A DNA stretch of 64,000 bases from Amoebidium appalachense (GCA_963693365.1 CAVNZM010000010.1:3038001-3102000), one strand, 5' to 3'. Counted from the first letter of the stretch, positions 12,981 through 57,443 are shown. Notes: generated by a model from the sequence alone, not told the origin. A program made the numbers and translations.

Positions 12981-13944
12981 ATGACGCCGCAGTAACAAAC
13001 CTTTGATTCGCGGGTGGTCAGATTTGGCGGGAGCCGCGAAGGATAACGCCGCGGTAACTCCATTGGTGAATGAGTTCAGACAAAAACCTGGCCCGACCAT
13101 TTGTGATCGTGTGATGGCTCAACCCTGATAAGTCGCCGATCACGTGCCAAGCCTTTGGTTCGCGGGTGGTTAGATTTGGCGGGAGCCGCAAAGGATGATG
13201 CCGTGGTAATTCGCAATAACTAGATACCACCGTCACGGTCCGTCCAAACACGACCAGAAGAATTGGCATTGAATGTCCTAGCTCTCACCAAACCTCACAT
13301 ATGCCAGTGCAACCAGGGACATCTTAGCAGATCCTTTTTATCCCAACCAATGGTCACATCGTTTTTCAGATGCACTCCTACGCTACGAAGAATACCTTGG
13401 CCAACGCTCTCCCAACGACACCGTGACTAAATCCGCAGCGATCACGTGCCAAGCCTTTGGTTCGCGGGTGGTCAGATTTGGCGGGAGCCGCAAAGGATCA
13501 TCATGATGATGCCACGGTAATTCGCCATAACTAGATCATGCATCAATGAGAACACACAATCTATTATTGCCTGGTCCAACCAATAAAACTACCAATCAGA
13601 ATAGACACATAATCTATTGGTCAGGAATGGCCCTTTGATTGGATGTGGACTTTTTTTATTAGAAAATAAATACTCTGGAACTATTTCCAAAGCCTGAATG
13701 ATGATTAACGAAAATGTAATAAACTTTTGAAGACCGCTTGACGGTTAACAAGACCATGCTGCTGATAAATTGCACTCACCAATCAGCGATCGCCGTAAAC
13801 ATTTCATATAACGTCATTGCGTGCATGGTATTTCCCTGTCATATTTTTCTTGGCCGGACCATTGGCGATTGTGTGATGGCTTAGGGTACATCCCTGTCCT
13901 ACCGTCGGCCTGTCCTATCGGCAGCCTCAATGAGCCCAAATTGA

Positions 13945-14285
13945 TCAAAATTACATAGCCGTGGCAGCGGCTAGCCATTTGTGATCATCGGAGAAGCGAA
14001 GCTTAGCAGTTTTAGGCCGTGGCAGCGGCTAGCCATATGTAAATTTAGGGGTTAAATTGATGCCGGGAGGCGGCTCGGGGGTCCACGCTGGGGCTGTTTT
14101 GATACCCCAAGGGGGGAGGCAGGATACAGACAAAGAGAAAAAAATATCCGAACAGTCCTTTTTTTCCTTCAAATTGTTGCCCTCCCTCCAACACCGGCAC
14201 ACACGCACACCGCGGCACCTAATCCAGACTATTCTCGTCTCGCTTCGACGTTGAGCCAAAGCTCGGCAGAGCGTGGCATTACTAG
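13945..14285 (+). mobile_element. Non-autonomous Helitron-like element, copy 1
   Basis: A|TC 5' junction; 3' hairpin GCCAAAGCTCGGCAGAGCGTGGC followed by ATTACTAG|T; second copy at ~16330-16606. Confidence 0.65.
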
Positions 14286-16329
14286 TGAGTGAGTGAGACG
14301 TGATGAGTGAGTGATTACACTTTCCCGCTTGGCACGTGATCGGCGACTTATCAGCCTGGTTGAGCCATCACACCGTGACGATCACAAATGGTCGGGCCAA
14401 GATTTTGTCTGAACTCATTCACCAATGGAATTACCGCGGCATTATCCTTTGCGGCTCCCGCCAAATCTGACCACCCTCGAACCAAAGGCTTGTTACCGCG
14501 GCGTCATTCTTTGCGGCTCCCCAAATCTGACCATCCGCGAATCCCAGCCCCGGCACGTGATCAGCGACTTAATATTGAAATAAATATTTTCAGTTCGCGC
14601 TGGGGAATTGCATGCGCACAGGCTAAGCGGCAATCAGCTACGCCTGACTTTCCGCAAATCCGGGTGTGCTGTAGGTCTGGTAACCAATCACAATCACAGT
14701 AACCACTGCAATTCCCAATGAAATTACAGTAACTGCAGTGTCATCCTTTACGGCTCCCACCAAATCTGACCATCCGCGAACCAAAGGCCCGGCACGTGAT
14801 CGGCGACTTATCAGGGCCGAGCCATCACACGATCACCAATGGTCGGGCCAGGTTTTTGGTCTCGCTGGGGCTGTATGATGAGAACTGCTAAGCTTCGCTT
14901 CTCCGTTGATTTAGATCGATCCAGAAGAATGTAGTTTTATCTAGAATTCCAAAGCAGATTCCTAGGCTCGCCGCTTAAGCAATAAAACGATCGCCGCCGG
15001 CCCTGTACACCAATCGTGTGCCGACATTAAGAACGTTAAGTCCCACAGGGCCCAGAATGGCGGAAGGGATCCAAAAGCAATCCGGTTCCACAAATCGGAC
15101 TGATCTGGTCCAATCAATAGGCCAAAATCTGCGAATAATCATAAAAGGGGATCAAAATTACATAATGATTTTCAAGTTCACTTCGATCACTTTCCTTTCA
15201 CATCAATTTTGTTTTTCCCGACTTTTCATCATGGCAGGTATATAAGAGCTTTCGCTTCTTTCTTTTTGTGACGGGACTGAATTCCGGTGCAGGGGGGATG
15301 ACCTCCAGGCAGGTGCTGGCGCAGCCGGGGTGATGGTTGTTTCCTGCGGGCTGCAAGGAGCTGGTGAGCTACCTCTCTCCATCATGGTTCTGTCTTCGCG
15401 TCCTTTACCCGCCGGGGCGTGCGGATGGTACTCTGATGGCCGCGAGGCTTCTCATTTAGGGGGTTGGCGGCCTTCTGGGTTAGCGACGGCACCCTTTTTT
15501 ATTGATGGGGGGGTCAACTAAGTTTTCTCCAACTCTACGTTTTCTCCTTGGGGTGCACCTGCGGCTTGGTTGACGTCTCCTCCGCGGCGCGCGTCCAGGG
15601 TAGTTTGTAGCCGACTGGGACGTCGAGAAGCTTCCTCAGCCGGCTACAGTTACGGGCCCTTGTGGTGGCAGTTAACTCTATAGCCTTGATTTGTGTACCC
15701 GTTTGCTTGGTAATGTTGGTTCCTTTTGCATCTCCCGTTACGGCTAGGCTACCTTGTTTGGCTGCTATTCTCCTTGGAGGGTTGCTCCTGTCGCCGCGCC
15801 CCCTAAGGTAGTTTTGAAGTCTTACATGTTCTGTATTGCTCTTTTGAAACCTCGTGAGCTGCTCCAGTGATAGAGTTTTGGCCGAGTTACAGATGGCTTC
15901 CTTGCAGTTTGTAGCCTAGACATCTTCGTGGCTTTGATGGAGCAATCTAGCCATGCCCCAAGCTTCTCATTTTGTACCCTGCCATCGATGCTAATTACAT
16001 GTTAACGTACGCATTTACTCAAATTTCTGTGTGTTAACGTACGTGTTTCACTCAATGATTTCTGTGACTCTATTCATATTAGGCCACCTTTATTGAGGTT
16101 TTTTTTTGTTGTGGCAGCAGGAGGTATCAACTTGTCGTTTTCACTCCTGCCTTTAGTGTTTATTTGTATTTTTATACCTTTGGGTCGACGTCCGTATTCC
16201 AGTGAGCCTACTTCTGATTTGAGTGACTCGAAAATCGTCTCTCAAGATATCTGGCCATGGGATATCTCTTTTTCGTGTCCTTCGAACATATGAGCACATC
16301 AATAAAGTCTTAAAAAAAAAAAAAAAAAA

Positions 16330-16606
16330 AATTTACATAGCCGTGGCAGCGGCTAGCCATTTGTATTTTTAGGGGTTAGATTAATGCCGGGAGGGGGCTC
16401 GGGGGTCCAGCGCTGGGGCTGTTTTGATACCCCAAGGGGGGATGCAGGATACAGACAAAGAGAAAAAAAATATCCGAACAGTCCTTTTTTTCCTTCAAAT
16501 TGTTGCCCTCCCTCCAACACCGGCACACACGCACACAGCACCTTCCAGAATATTCTCGTCTCGCTTCGACGTTGAGCCAAAGCTCGGCAGAGCGTGGCAT
16601 TACTAG
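16330..16606 (+). mobile_element. Non-autonomous Helitron-like element, copy 2
   Basis: High similarity to 13950-14285 with the same hairpin + CTAG|T end; 5' end obscured by a poly-A run. Confidence 0.65.
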
Positions 16607-17019
16607 TAGTAGTTGGCCCCGATTGAGACGGTGATCAGGACCGCCGCTGACAGGACGTCCGGATCCGGACGCCGGACGACGGTCATTGCACTTGGTGACG
16701 CAGATATGACGTCACACATTGTCTTCATCTGATTGGCGTATATGTGGAAAGCGCGCGAAAAAAGATGTTCGCCAGCTGTTCGCCAGGCGGTTCGCCAGGC
16801 CTTGCCAAGTCTTACGCCCAACGTCCACACACCGTGCACCCACCACACCTACAAGCGCAGGCACAACACTCCTGCCAGACCATAGACCTCTTACTGACTG
16901 TGTGTAGTTTGTGAGCCCACCTGCCTTACAGTCTGACCACTACGGGCAAAGTGCGTGTGCCTGCCCAGCCTGGCCCTGTGCCCCTTATTGCCCTGTTCTG
17001 ACCTTAAGCTCGTGCAGCC

Positions 17020-25423
<8,404 letters not shown>

Positions 25424-26727
25424 GCACATGCTTATGTCTGCACAGCCACATGTCTAGTCCAATAGGGCATAGCTATGTAATGTGAAAAAACTGTGTCATA
25501 CCTAGAACAGTGGGTAGGAAATCTGGAACTCGAACACAGCCACATGTTTCTTGCGTAAAATATACCACACACGTACACACCCATTGAATTCCGTCTGTTG
25601 CATATATATCATACATAGGAAACACATGAGTATATGCATGTATCCCTTCCGTACGTACACATACGCACATCTAAACATGATGCACACATACACGGACATG
25701 TGGATGTTTAATATGAACTAGTACAAGTTGAACACGCACGTACTCAATACAGGAAACAAAACACACACACATACATGTAGTAATAGTACAACATAAGAAG
25801 ACATGACGTGGTGACTGCAATTAATTAACCCCTTGGTACGTGTGAGTGTATGTATTGTAGTGGCCGGATGATATGTGGCCAATCAACATAGGTCTGCAGC
25901 AGATGGGTAGCCAATAGCCATGCATATATGCAGACCACACCCCATGGCATGCATGTGCAGGCACATGATGTCCAATACAAGTCACAAGTATGACGCGTAC
26001 GGGTCCGCACTATCTGCTGAACAGCAGGCGCAGATTTGGCTGGGCCTGTGCTACATAGTTATACACCGTGACTTGCACTGCCTGTCATATGATGCATGCT
26101 GACCTGTGCAGCCTATCCGCCCACAAGATGTACCAGATAAAGCCGTTGCATGTTAACGTTGCACATATATGTGGGCGCATGTAAGAAGATGTCGTACACC
26201 AATGGCATGCATTGCACGCAACGTTCACTGTACCGTGGCCACCGTAGTGGTGACTTCAATTCAAGATGTGCTGACATAGCTGCGCATGCAAACTGGGTGT
26301 CTCGAAGCTGGTATTTGTGAGTTGGGCGTGTGCATGTGTACGTGCGCGTGCGAGTGTACATGTACATAGATGCTAGCTAAATGGCGGAGGTCAGCGCTGG
26401 TTTCATGAAGTTGGGCGCGGTTGAGACTGTCCATGATTCATGGCACACAACAATCATTCGAGTTAAATATCACGTGAGCATTTATTTTCGGCGTCAGACT
26501 CTCTCTCACCTTGCCCAAACGGGTACGGGGGAGGTGCAAGTGGCCATAGTCACGAACATGTGTGACTGTGTGCACATAAACCGTGCGAATTTGTTCATTG
26601 GCTGTACACACAGCCCACTACAGTACCGTAACCCAGCATGATACAATCACACGAGGCCCATCACACACCATCTACATTACCATTACATGTGTCCTAGATA
26701 TATGGTCCTACATACATTAGCATTCGA

Positions 26728-37169
<10,442 letters not shown>

Positions 37170-38207
37170 GCTCACACCACACACGCACGCGCACACACAC
37201 ACCACACTCCGTCTATTTCATAGCTGCTCAGGGCCTTAGCCGCACACTGCACCGCTGCCCCCCGCACCGTCCTCCCCCCACCGACATCAGTCCCTGTGGC
37301 CTCGTGCCAAGGATGACTCTTAAGCCCGGCTTCCAATCGCACGCCCAGGCAACGTTGGGAAGAGTCTCGCGTGTACCTTATGAGGCCAAAGGTGGGTGTT
37401 GGTTCTCAGCTGACCACCAAGAATAGATTTGAGAAAAAGATCCAAAGTCCAAGGTTCGCGCGACAGGTGAAAGCTGGCCTAGTCCTTTCAACTAACGTTC
37501 CAGCTTACTGTGTGCTCGTAGATAACCTACGCCCGTAATATATTACAGTTATTTATACTTCTGGCCTGCCTATCTCGCTGAGCACAACTTGGTTTCTTTC
37601 TTTCTTCGTTTCTGCCTTTCCCTTGGTCTGAGTGGCACTCACAAAGCGCGCAGACAAATTTGCCTTGATCACCAAGGCGTTGTTGATCGCTGGAACAAGA
37701 GAAGAATTACGTCATATCAGCCTTTAAATATGTTTGTAACCGCAAAACAGGCAGAGTAGAGTTTTCATGTTGAAGACTAAATACAAGAGCTACATGTTCG
37801 CGAATAAACCCGATCTCCGATCTGTCGGGTCTCGCAAATCGTCGCGATCGATCGCTGATCTAAATTCTATTCCACCAATTGGAGCACGGGTGCGTCGCTG
37901 AATGGTGCATCACAAACCGCGAGCGCTGACTGGGCTTTTCCCTGAGTTGGTGGTACACGCTGTGTACATGTGCACGCACACTTTAGTTTCCTCAGTTTTG
38001 TGTGAGCAGCTACAAGACATTTTACTGCCGCCCTTTCTGTGAAACACTATCATCTCGCACGCACGGATGTGTTGTACTCTAGCGCAGCTGGCAAGGTAAT
38101 TTTTGAATGTTCCGCTAATTCCCGCACTGTTTAGTGCTGCATACTACCACTTGTGACTCAAATCACACACCATCTATCGGCTCACTCACGAAGCTCTAAC
38201 ACCCATC
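37170..38207. promoter_or_regulatory. Probable bidirectional promoter / 5' UTR region
   Basis: About 1 kb of mostly repeat-free DNA between the divergent DnaJ and phosphatase start codons; no specific motif assigned. Confidence 0.4.
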
Positions 38208-40172
38208 ATGCATGATTACGGTTGTCCACACACGCGCGTGGCGCAGCCCAGCCTAGATGTTGTTGGATCGGAGGAGGTGCTCCCGTTTAGCACAAAACGC
38301 GTGTTTTTTGTGCGCCACGGACAGAGCCAAGCACAGGTAGCCAATGTTCTGGCGCAGAAGGCAGGGGTAAAGGCACCAGACGTGGCCGACCCAGCATTGA
38401 GCCCGATGGGTCTGCAGCAGGCACACGCACTGCATTTGTTTCTACGCGAGCTTCTACCACGCGAGCACATAGAGCTCGTTGTGGCCAGCCCCCTTACGCG
38501 CGCGCTGCAGACTGCCCTTATTGGGGTGGAGGAGGCTCTGTGTGAGCCCGTGCCTGTGTTGGTTACGCCCCTGCACACAGAACGCAGTGAGAACGCGTGT
38601 GACTGTGGAAGGGTCCCTGCAGACCTAAAAAAGGTGTGTGTACACGTGGGGGTGTGATATGGTTTCGTTGTGGTTGTGGATCTGGAGTCTGCTTAACCTG
38701 TTGGCAAACGAGTTCATTTGTTTGAAAACTTTTAGTATTGTCCACTTTTCGTATCGAGGGAAACAACCGGAGCATGGCTGGGAGGATTAATTTTGGATAA
38801 GTACGTGGCAGCCTTTTGGTGTTACGTTGAGGGGGAAAATGGAAGTGTGGGTTTGTGTGTGTGTGTGGCGGGGAGGGGGGAGGGGGGAGGGGGGGGGAGG
38901 GGGAGGGGGGTAAAGGGTCCTTATTTTGGACAGTGATCGGTGCGTCAAACTCGTGAGTTGCTTGTATAGGGCCCACTTGAAAGCTATAGATCCGTGCCAA
39001 TCCTGCACGTTCTATTCCGGTTCATGCCACTCACATCACGATTCTGTTCCTCCCCCCCGTTTGCCTGAAATACACACACGGTGGTGTCTGCCTCAAATAC
39101 ACACACACACCACAGTCTCCACCACCAATCGTCCACTCACAATGTCAACCGTTTCTGCCTTTTTAGACCCCACATAGATCTTACGGGTGGCTGGCCCATT
39201 TATTGATTCAGGAGGTCCCTCGTTTGCTTGGTGCTGTGTGCACTTATTTCTGACCGTGCTCTAAATAGGACTTCCCCACGGTGGACCTCAGTCTTGTGCC
39301 CGACTATTGGTGGCGGTGTCGGCACTCTGGCAACCACGAGGACGTGGAGGGTCTGTGTGCACGTGCAGGCCAGTTTGTGGGCTGGCTGAAGGCAAGGCCA
39401 GAGGCCGCACTGGTGGTGGTGGGCCACGGCAACTTCTTTAGGCAGCTGCTGGGCGAGCCCAGGATGGAAAACTGCGAGGTGGGTGCTTGGCTTGGGGGGG
39501 GGGGGGGGGGGACGTTGTTCGATGTTTGTGGGGCGTGTGTATTTTGTGCCAGTGTTCAACACCATCATCTTGTTTTTTTATTTTTCACGTGTGCTCGTGC
39601 GTGCGCCCACGAGTGTGGCATGCGTGTATGTGTGTGAGCGACTGGGTTTGCATGTGTTTAGGGGAGATGGAAATGCGGGGCGGTCGGAGGTGCAGCGGTG
39701 TGTCTTTGGGGGCGAGTGGTGTGGTGGCGGCGATGGTGGTGGTGTGTGTGTGTGTGTGTGTGTGTGTTTTGGGGGGGAGGAGGCGGGCTGTGCACCAATA
39801 TTTAGCTCTTGCAGGTTATTTAAGGGGGGGTTGAATGTGCCTGTCTGCCTGTACTTGGCGTGTTGTCAGCTCCTGTTTTGGTTTGTTACCATCAGTATCT
39901 GCATCTGTGCATGCATGCCTGGAGGAGCTGGCGCAGCCGAGGTTGTGGTGATGCTCAGAGGAAGGGGGGATAAGTGACGGCCCTCAGGGATATCGTGACT
40001 GTAAACCTCAAGGGTGCATGTTGACCAGCACGGCACGGGAACCAAATTCTAACAATGTGCCCTCACGCAGGTGCGGCTATGGGAGGGGGAGGTGGGGGAA
40101 AACGGCAAGCTGGTGACGCAATCTCTGTTTGTGCCCGACTTTGGCCGGGGCTGGGATAGAAAGAACACGTAG
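38208..40172 (+). CDS. Histidine phosphatase / phosphoglycerate mutase-like protein, 3 exons (38208-38633, 39269-39478, 40071-40172)
   Basis: RVFFVRHGQS, VVASPLTRALQTA, VVVGHGNF, MENCEV; all junctions phase-0 GT-AG; stop TAG at 40172. Start codon uncertain. Confidence 0.88.
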
Positions 40173-41081
40173 GTTATGTAGGGGGGATATGCTCGAATGT
40201 GTTAGTGTGATTCATGTATGAAAGGCTCTTGTGGTGTAACATGTAATAGGACGCGAATGGGTAGGCACCAACTTGCTGCCATGCTCAAAACACACAGTTT
40301 GTGTCCTTGACAGTGACACAGTGTGCTTGCTGGAAAGGCACCGATACGCAGAAGCGAGATCTCTCGGTCCGTAGGTTCAACCAAACCCAAGTTTCATTAA
40401 ACCCTTTGTTCCTGTGGAGCCTCGAACCACAATGTTAGACTTAGGAAAAGAAGAAAATGAAGAAGTTTTCCCCAACAGCCGCATGATGATTGTTACTGCG
40501 GCTAACTACAAAAGGGCGGCGAATTGCATCACGTGCTCGAGAGCTGTCTTTTCCGTCACGTACGTACAAGTCTATAGCACACTGGTAGCGAGTGTACAGG
40601 TGTGTAACACCATTGAGAGAATTTGTTGGTATGGATTAAAGGGAGCACGACGGTGTGTCCCAGGACTCTTCTATGAAAAAACAAAGGGAGTGCCTGAATC
40701 AGCCTGTATCTGTCTTGAGTTCCGTTCATACCGATTTCGTAATCCCCCGGTTCACGGAGATTTTTTCGCGATAACACGGACCGTCATCGAAAAGCGGTCG
40801 ACGGTCAGCGCCGGACCACTGAAGCTTACTACTAAGTACCACATAGGGTTGTCACGGTGCTAGCTAGCCTCGCTGCCTCTAGCTATGGTCGATATTTATT
40901 AACGTTTGGAGTGTTTGTCCCCGTAGCCAGCTATAACCCCCGCCAAGAAAGTGTCGAGTGTTTTTATGCTATGTAAGGTTACGCTATCCCCTGGCAGTGT
41001 CAGCAGCAGTGTGTAGGGCAGGTGCTGGTTTCGTGCGCGAGCAGGGCACGTGCAAGGGGTGGACAGCGCACAGGCGGAAGG

Positions 41082-52735
<11,654 letters not shown>

Positions 52736-52977
52736 AGGAGTACTGGGCACAACACTTCGTTTTGTTGCTGTTCAACAGTGTCAATTGTGTGCTGTGTCCT
52801 TACCTGCATCCCTACACATGTGCCCTACTAGTCCTATGTGCTTGTCCTTTTGCCTTGTCGTGTCTAGCTGTATATGACTATTTCTTGTATTATAGTGCAG
52901 GCAATCAACATTTGTGCTCTCACATAATCCTACACATGTGTTGTGATGGTGTTTCCCTCGTGATATATTGCGTGAAA

Positions 52978-53027
<50 letters not shown>

Positions 53028-53111
53028 TGGAGCAAGTAATTATGCTGCATGTATGGAGTCTCTAACGATTCAGGTATGTGGGCCCATATGAATGTTGCCC
53101 TGCATGGCCCT

Positions 53112-53272
53112 GGATGGCTCAGGGGTGACTTTATAAAGTACCAACAAGATGGCTGAGGGGTGAATTCAAAAGGTACCAACAATCTGATGGCTGAGGGGTG
53201 AACTTATAAAGTAAGTACCATCAAGATGGCTGAGGGTTGACCTTATAAAGTACCATCAAAATGGTTGAGGGG
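53112..53272. repeat. ~35-bp minisatellite (AAAGTACCAACAAGATGGCTGAGGGGTGAACTTAT), left part
   Basis: Four to five units; the array resumes at 56278-56342. Confidence 0.8.
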
Positions 53273-53719
53273 AAAAAAAAAGCGGTGTTTTTCGGTCTTC
53301 TAGACTTGAAAATTTCTCTAATACGATCGATCGATTCCGCCGCTGGCGGCGGCCCGGCCCAGCGCGTTTGGCCGAGGACTTTTCTGCCAACTTTGCTTGC
53401 GCTTTGCACCTTTTCTCCTTACTTTTTCCCAAACAAAAAAAGCCTTAGTTATGCACAATAACCTTGTTTCATGTTATCCTGGCCCCTACACTTTCGAATG
53501 TTGGTGATGAGTGTGGAATATGGCTTGGGGTTTACGCTGTTTACTCGAGGCAAAGAGAAACCAGTCTCAGGTATGGGGGGGGTTTTGCTCGGAATATCCC
53601 CTCAGCGGTATATCATGATCACGTACATAGATGTCGGGTGGTGACTATATATCAGGGTTTACTTTCTCTACGAGACACCATAAAGACTACAAGGAGAAAT
53701 CAATTAGTTGGGGTTCCCC

Positions 53720-53720
<1 letters not shown>

Positions 53721-53767
<47 letters not shown>

Positions 53768-53798
53768 GGGCTCCCCTGGGACACTCGGTATCAGCTGG

Positions 53799-53872
<74 letters not shown>

Positions 53873-55450
53873 TGTGTGTGTTTGTGTGTGTGTGTGCGCG
53901 TGCGCTAGAATTTTGTAGTGATGTGTTTCTCAAGCCAATCAATACATCTAATAAACAGGTCGTAGTTACGCGTGTTTAGTATAAAATCAAGGATGTTGTA
54001 ATTTACAGGTAGGCTATCTTTCTGGGTGTCTGTTGTGAATGTGACGTGTGTGTGTTGCGGTATTATGTGGTCTATCAAACTCCATTTGGCGATACATGAC
54101 CGGCACGGCCATCTAGGTGTTTCTAGATGGCCGTGATGACCGGTTAAACTGGTGTGTGTGTGTGTTGTTTGGGCATGCAAATGATGCCACCTTATACTTA
54201 TTAGATCTCCACTGTATAGCACGTGTACAGTAAAAGCGTGGTAATTGATCAATAATACCATCAGCTAGAGAAAGACCAGTTCTACAGGAAGGTAATATGT
54301 ATTTAGGTGTTATACATTTGCGAGTGCCCGGCATATTTGGCAATATGGTTGAGGCGGTCAGTATATATAAAACGAGACATAAGGCTTAGTTTTTCAAGGT
54401 GTATGCTTTCATCGGGTCTAGTGTCGTGTGGTATCTTTTTCCATTTGTTATATTGCGTGATTATCTTGTGATTGTGTACATGTTTAATAAGTAAGTGGCA
54501 GTCCAAAGTCACACACACACTGTTGCGGGGTTTATTATTTGTATTTGTGCCCAGGGGAGAAGGGGAGAGAGAGGGAAGGAAAGAGGGGAGAGGTGAGGAG
54601 GGGACAGGTCGGATAGAGAAGAGAGGGTGGGAGGGCAAATACTTCTTTAAGCGGCTTATGTGCTTATTGAATTTCAGCGCGAGATAGGATACTCCAGCAG
54701 CTATTGGGACAAGACCATATATCGAGAGCGTTACAGGGCCTCCCAGGTTTACAACAGTTGTTAGATAGAAAGGAGGCAACTTCTGCTTCAAGGAAATTTG
54801 CCAAGGGTTTAAGCGCTCTAGTTCTCTCTTTCTTGATCCAAGCGGCGAGAAGGGGTAAACCATATTCACATGCCGGGAAGACAAAAGTGCGAATAAATGT
54901 AAGTCTAATAGAAGGATGGAGGGGTGTGTCTTTAAAAAATATTAGCCGAGAAGAAAGCTAACCGCTTACGAGCCAACTCTACCCTCTTTTCGACCATATG
55001 GGAAAACATAACACCAACAGAATCAACCGGAACACCAAGATATTTGTATTCTGGAACTATAGGTACAGGTTTAGATGATAATGTAAATGTGTGTAAATTG
55101 TTGGGTATATCAGGTACAAGAACACCACATTTGTCTATGTTAAGGATCATAAGGTTTGCCTTGCACCACTCTGACACTACATCGAACAATCTTTGCAGGC
55201 GTCTAGGGGTACGGGCAAGGAGGGACAGATCATCAGCATAGAGAAGTGCAGGCGGAAAGTTATTAATAGGGTCATCGTTTTCGGCGCAAATCTTGACAGC
55301 CAAATCATCTATAAATAGGTTAAACAAAAAGGGGCTAAGCAATGAACCCTGCAAGAGACCTCTAGTACGAGCAAAACCTCGAGAAGTCTTCTCTTTTGTC
55401 GCCCCCTCCCTTGCTCCATTCTCCAGCCCCCCAGGCTGCTTTTTTCTCTC
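53721..55450 (-). pseudogene. Degenerate 5'-truncated non-LTR retrotransposon (LINE) RT fragment
   Basis: GLLQGSLLSPFLFNLFIDDL, LLYADDL, LNIDKC, EYKYLGV (54932-55450); broken downstream frames with CRSC...H; poly-A tail (T run 53721-53764). Confidence 0.85.
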
Positions 55451-56277
55451 TGGAGGTATTCTAAAGCACCATAAACGCTGCCCACTTGACACAAAGAAGT
55501 TCTTTTTTGAAATTCTATAGCATAGAAACACACATTGACTGTGTGCCATGCACAGAAACGCTGTTTGTAAGGTCATCTGCTCCTCACTCAGATCTGCCAT
55601 AGTAGCCCACTATGGTCTGCACATGAGCGAGCAGATGTTGTTTAAAGACGAGCTCAGCCAACCACTACGTGTATTAGACCTGCGTGAGGTAACAGTAGTC
55701 CCACAAAAGCTGTTGTTTCATTTCAAGTTGCGAAGTTTATGGCGCTCGGAGCGGTTACCAGACCTAGACCTGGCTTACCGTTTCTGCTGCCCCCTTATTA
55801 CTTGTTCACATACCAAGCTAGTATGGTGTGCAATGAATAACAAAAGACTTTTGAGTGTCATACCCGTGCCATATACTCGAATAGAAGCAAGCACGAAAGG
55901 TTCTGGCAACAGCGCTTCGAACAGTGAAGCGAGGAAGCACAGTTGCAGTTCGACGCACTCCAGCCGTGGCCACAGTGCTGTCGAAGTATGATAAAATCGA
56001 TCGATCTGATAGAGTGCCAAATTCTAAGTCTAGAAGCGGTGTTTTGCCGTCTTCTAGAAATCACGACCAAGCCACTTTTGAGCATGCAGCTCTAAAACCG
56101 CTTTTTCATTAATAAACCGCGCTTCGCGTATTATAAAAAGTTGTTATAAATATCATAGGCTTTATAGCGACACCCTACTTGTTAGGGGTCTTCTGGCAAG
56201 AACGTGATCGAAAAATAAGAAAACCTCAAATTTTGCTCTAGAAGACGGGTATTTACGTCTTCCGGTTGGCATTGGAG

Positions 56278-56342
56278 ATAAAGTACCAACAAGATGGCTG
56301 AGGGGTGAACTTAAAAAGTACCAACAGGATGGCTGAGGGGTG
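56278..56342. repeat. ~35-bp minisatellite, right part
   Basis: Two units matching 53112-53272. Confidence 0.8.
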
Positions 56343-56734
56343 TCACTGAATTTATGTGTTCCCTTGCATAATCAATCATTGGAAAGAGGCACATGCCTGG
56401 CTACTATGTAGTGTCTTTGATGCTGGTTTGCGCATGGAAATCATGCAAGTAGGCTGAAGAATCCTTTTTGATCTCACAGCGCCTCCAATGTTCCTCTCCT
56501 CCCGACGCCGTGGGGCACACACACATACTAAACACACACACACACACACACACACACAAATTCGAACACCTTACCTACACGTGCACAGACAGTGTCACCA
56601 TTGATATTCGTGGCCACACACCGGACCGTCGACCGGCATATATGCCCTCTGTGCTGACAAACACACGCCTCCCCCCCCCCCCCCCCCCCCCCCGCCCCCC
56701 CCCCCCCCCCCCCCCCCGGGGGGGGGGGGGGGGG

Positions 56735-56794
<60 letters not shown>

Positions 56795-57283
56795 GGAAAA
56801 TGCATAAGTGCATACATAGCATGATTATCATACTACAGTCTGCTTAGCATAATATGCACCGGCCCGCTCTAGAGTGTGGGCCGGCCAATCTCGCATGGCT
56901 ACATGCTTGCATGCAGCATGTACGTGAGGAATCCGCAAAACTTTGTACAAGACTTGAAGCAATCAAAGACGCACACATGTAAATGTACATTTGCCTTGTA
57001 ATTGCCAATGGTTGTTTGGAAAAGCCTTAAGATAGCCTTTAAAATTAAAATTTAATTTTTGGTTTTTTCTTTTTTTTTTTTTTTGCTGTTGTCTTGTTTT
57101 GGTTTTTTGGTTTTTTGCTTACTTCAGACAGACAATTTTTCTTGGCCTCCTTTACGTTGGCTTGCAATTGTGCCGATTTTTTGTTTCAAAGAGCACAAAT
57201 GTTAAACTACACCGTGAAGCACACACATGTACTACATGCACCCCCCCCCCCCCCACACACACACACACGCACACACCCACAAG

Positions 57284-57314
<31 letters not shown>

Positions 57315-57443
57315 GTGGCACATACACACATGTGCACACGCACACTGTGACAAGCACACTCAGACACACCGGTACCGACCACACACAGACTCACGTGCAC
57401 ACAGTGGCACATACACACACACACACACACTCAGACGTGCGCG

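Larger units (their letters stand above)
11273..15147. repeat. Inverted-repeat cluster of a modular non-autonomous element family
   Basis: 11273-11318 is inverted at 14864-14910; 11655-13210 (minus the solo LTR) is inverted at 14329-14863; ~11475-11600 is inverted at ~15025-15147. Contains (GTGA)n tracts, GCGAAGC-type hairpins and a repeated GATCACGTGCC module. Confidence 0.75.

Noticed and set aside
40414-40863. 149-aa ORF between the phosphatase and lectin genes
   Set aside because: Non-ATG start and no recognisable motif; likely promoter or intergenic DNA.
53112-53272. 35-bp repeats as a CRISPR array
   Set aside because: Units are contiguous with no unique spacers, there are no cas genes, and the context is eukaryotic.
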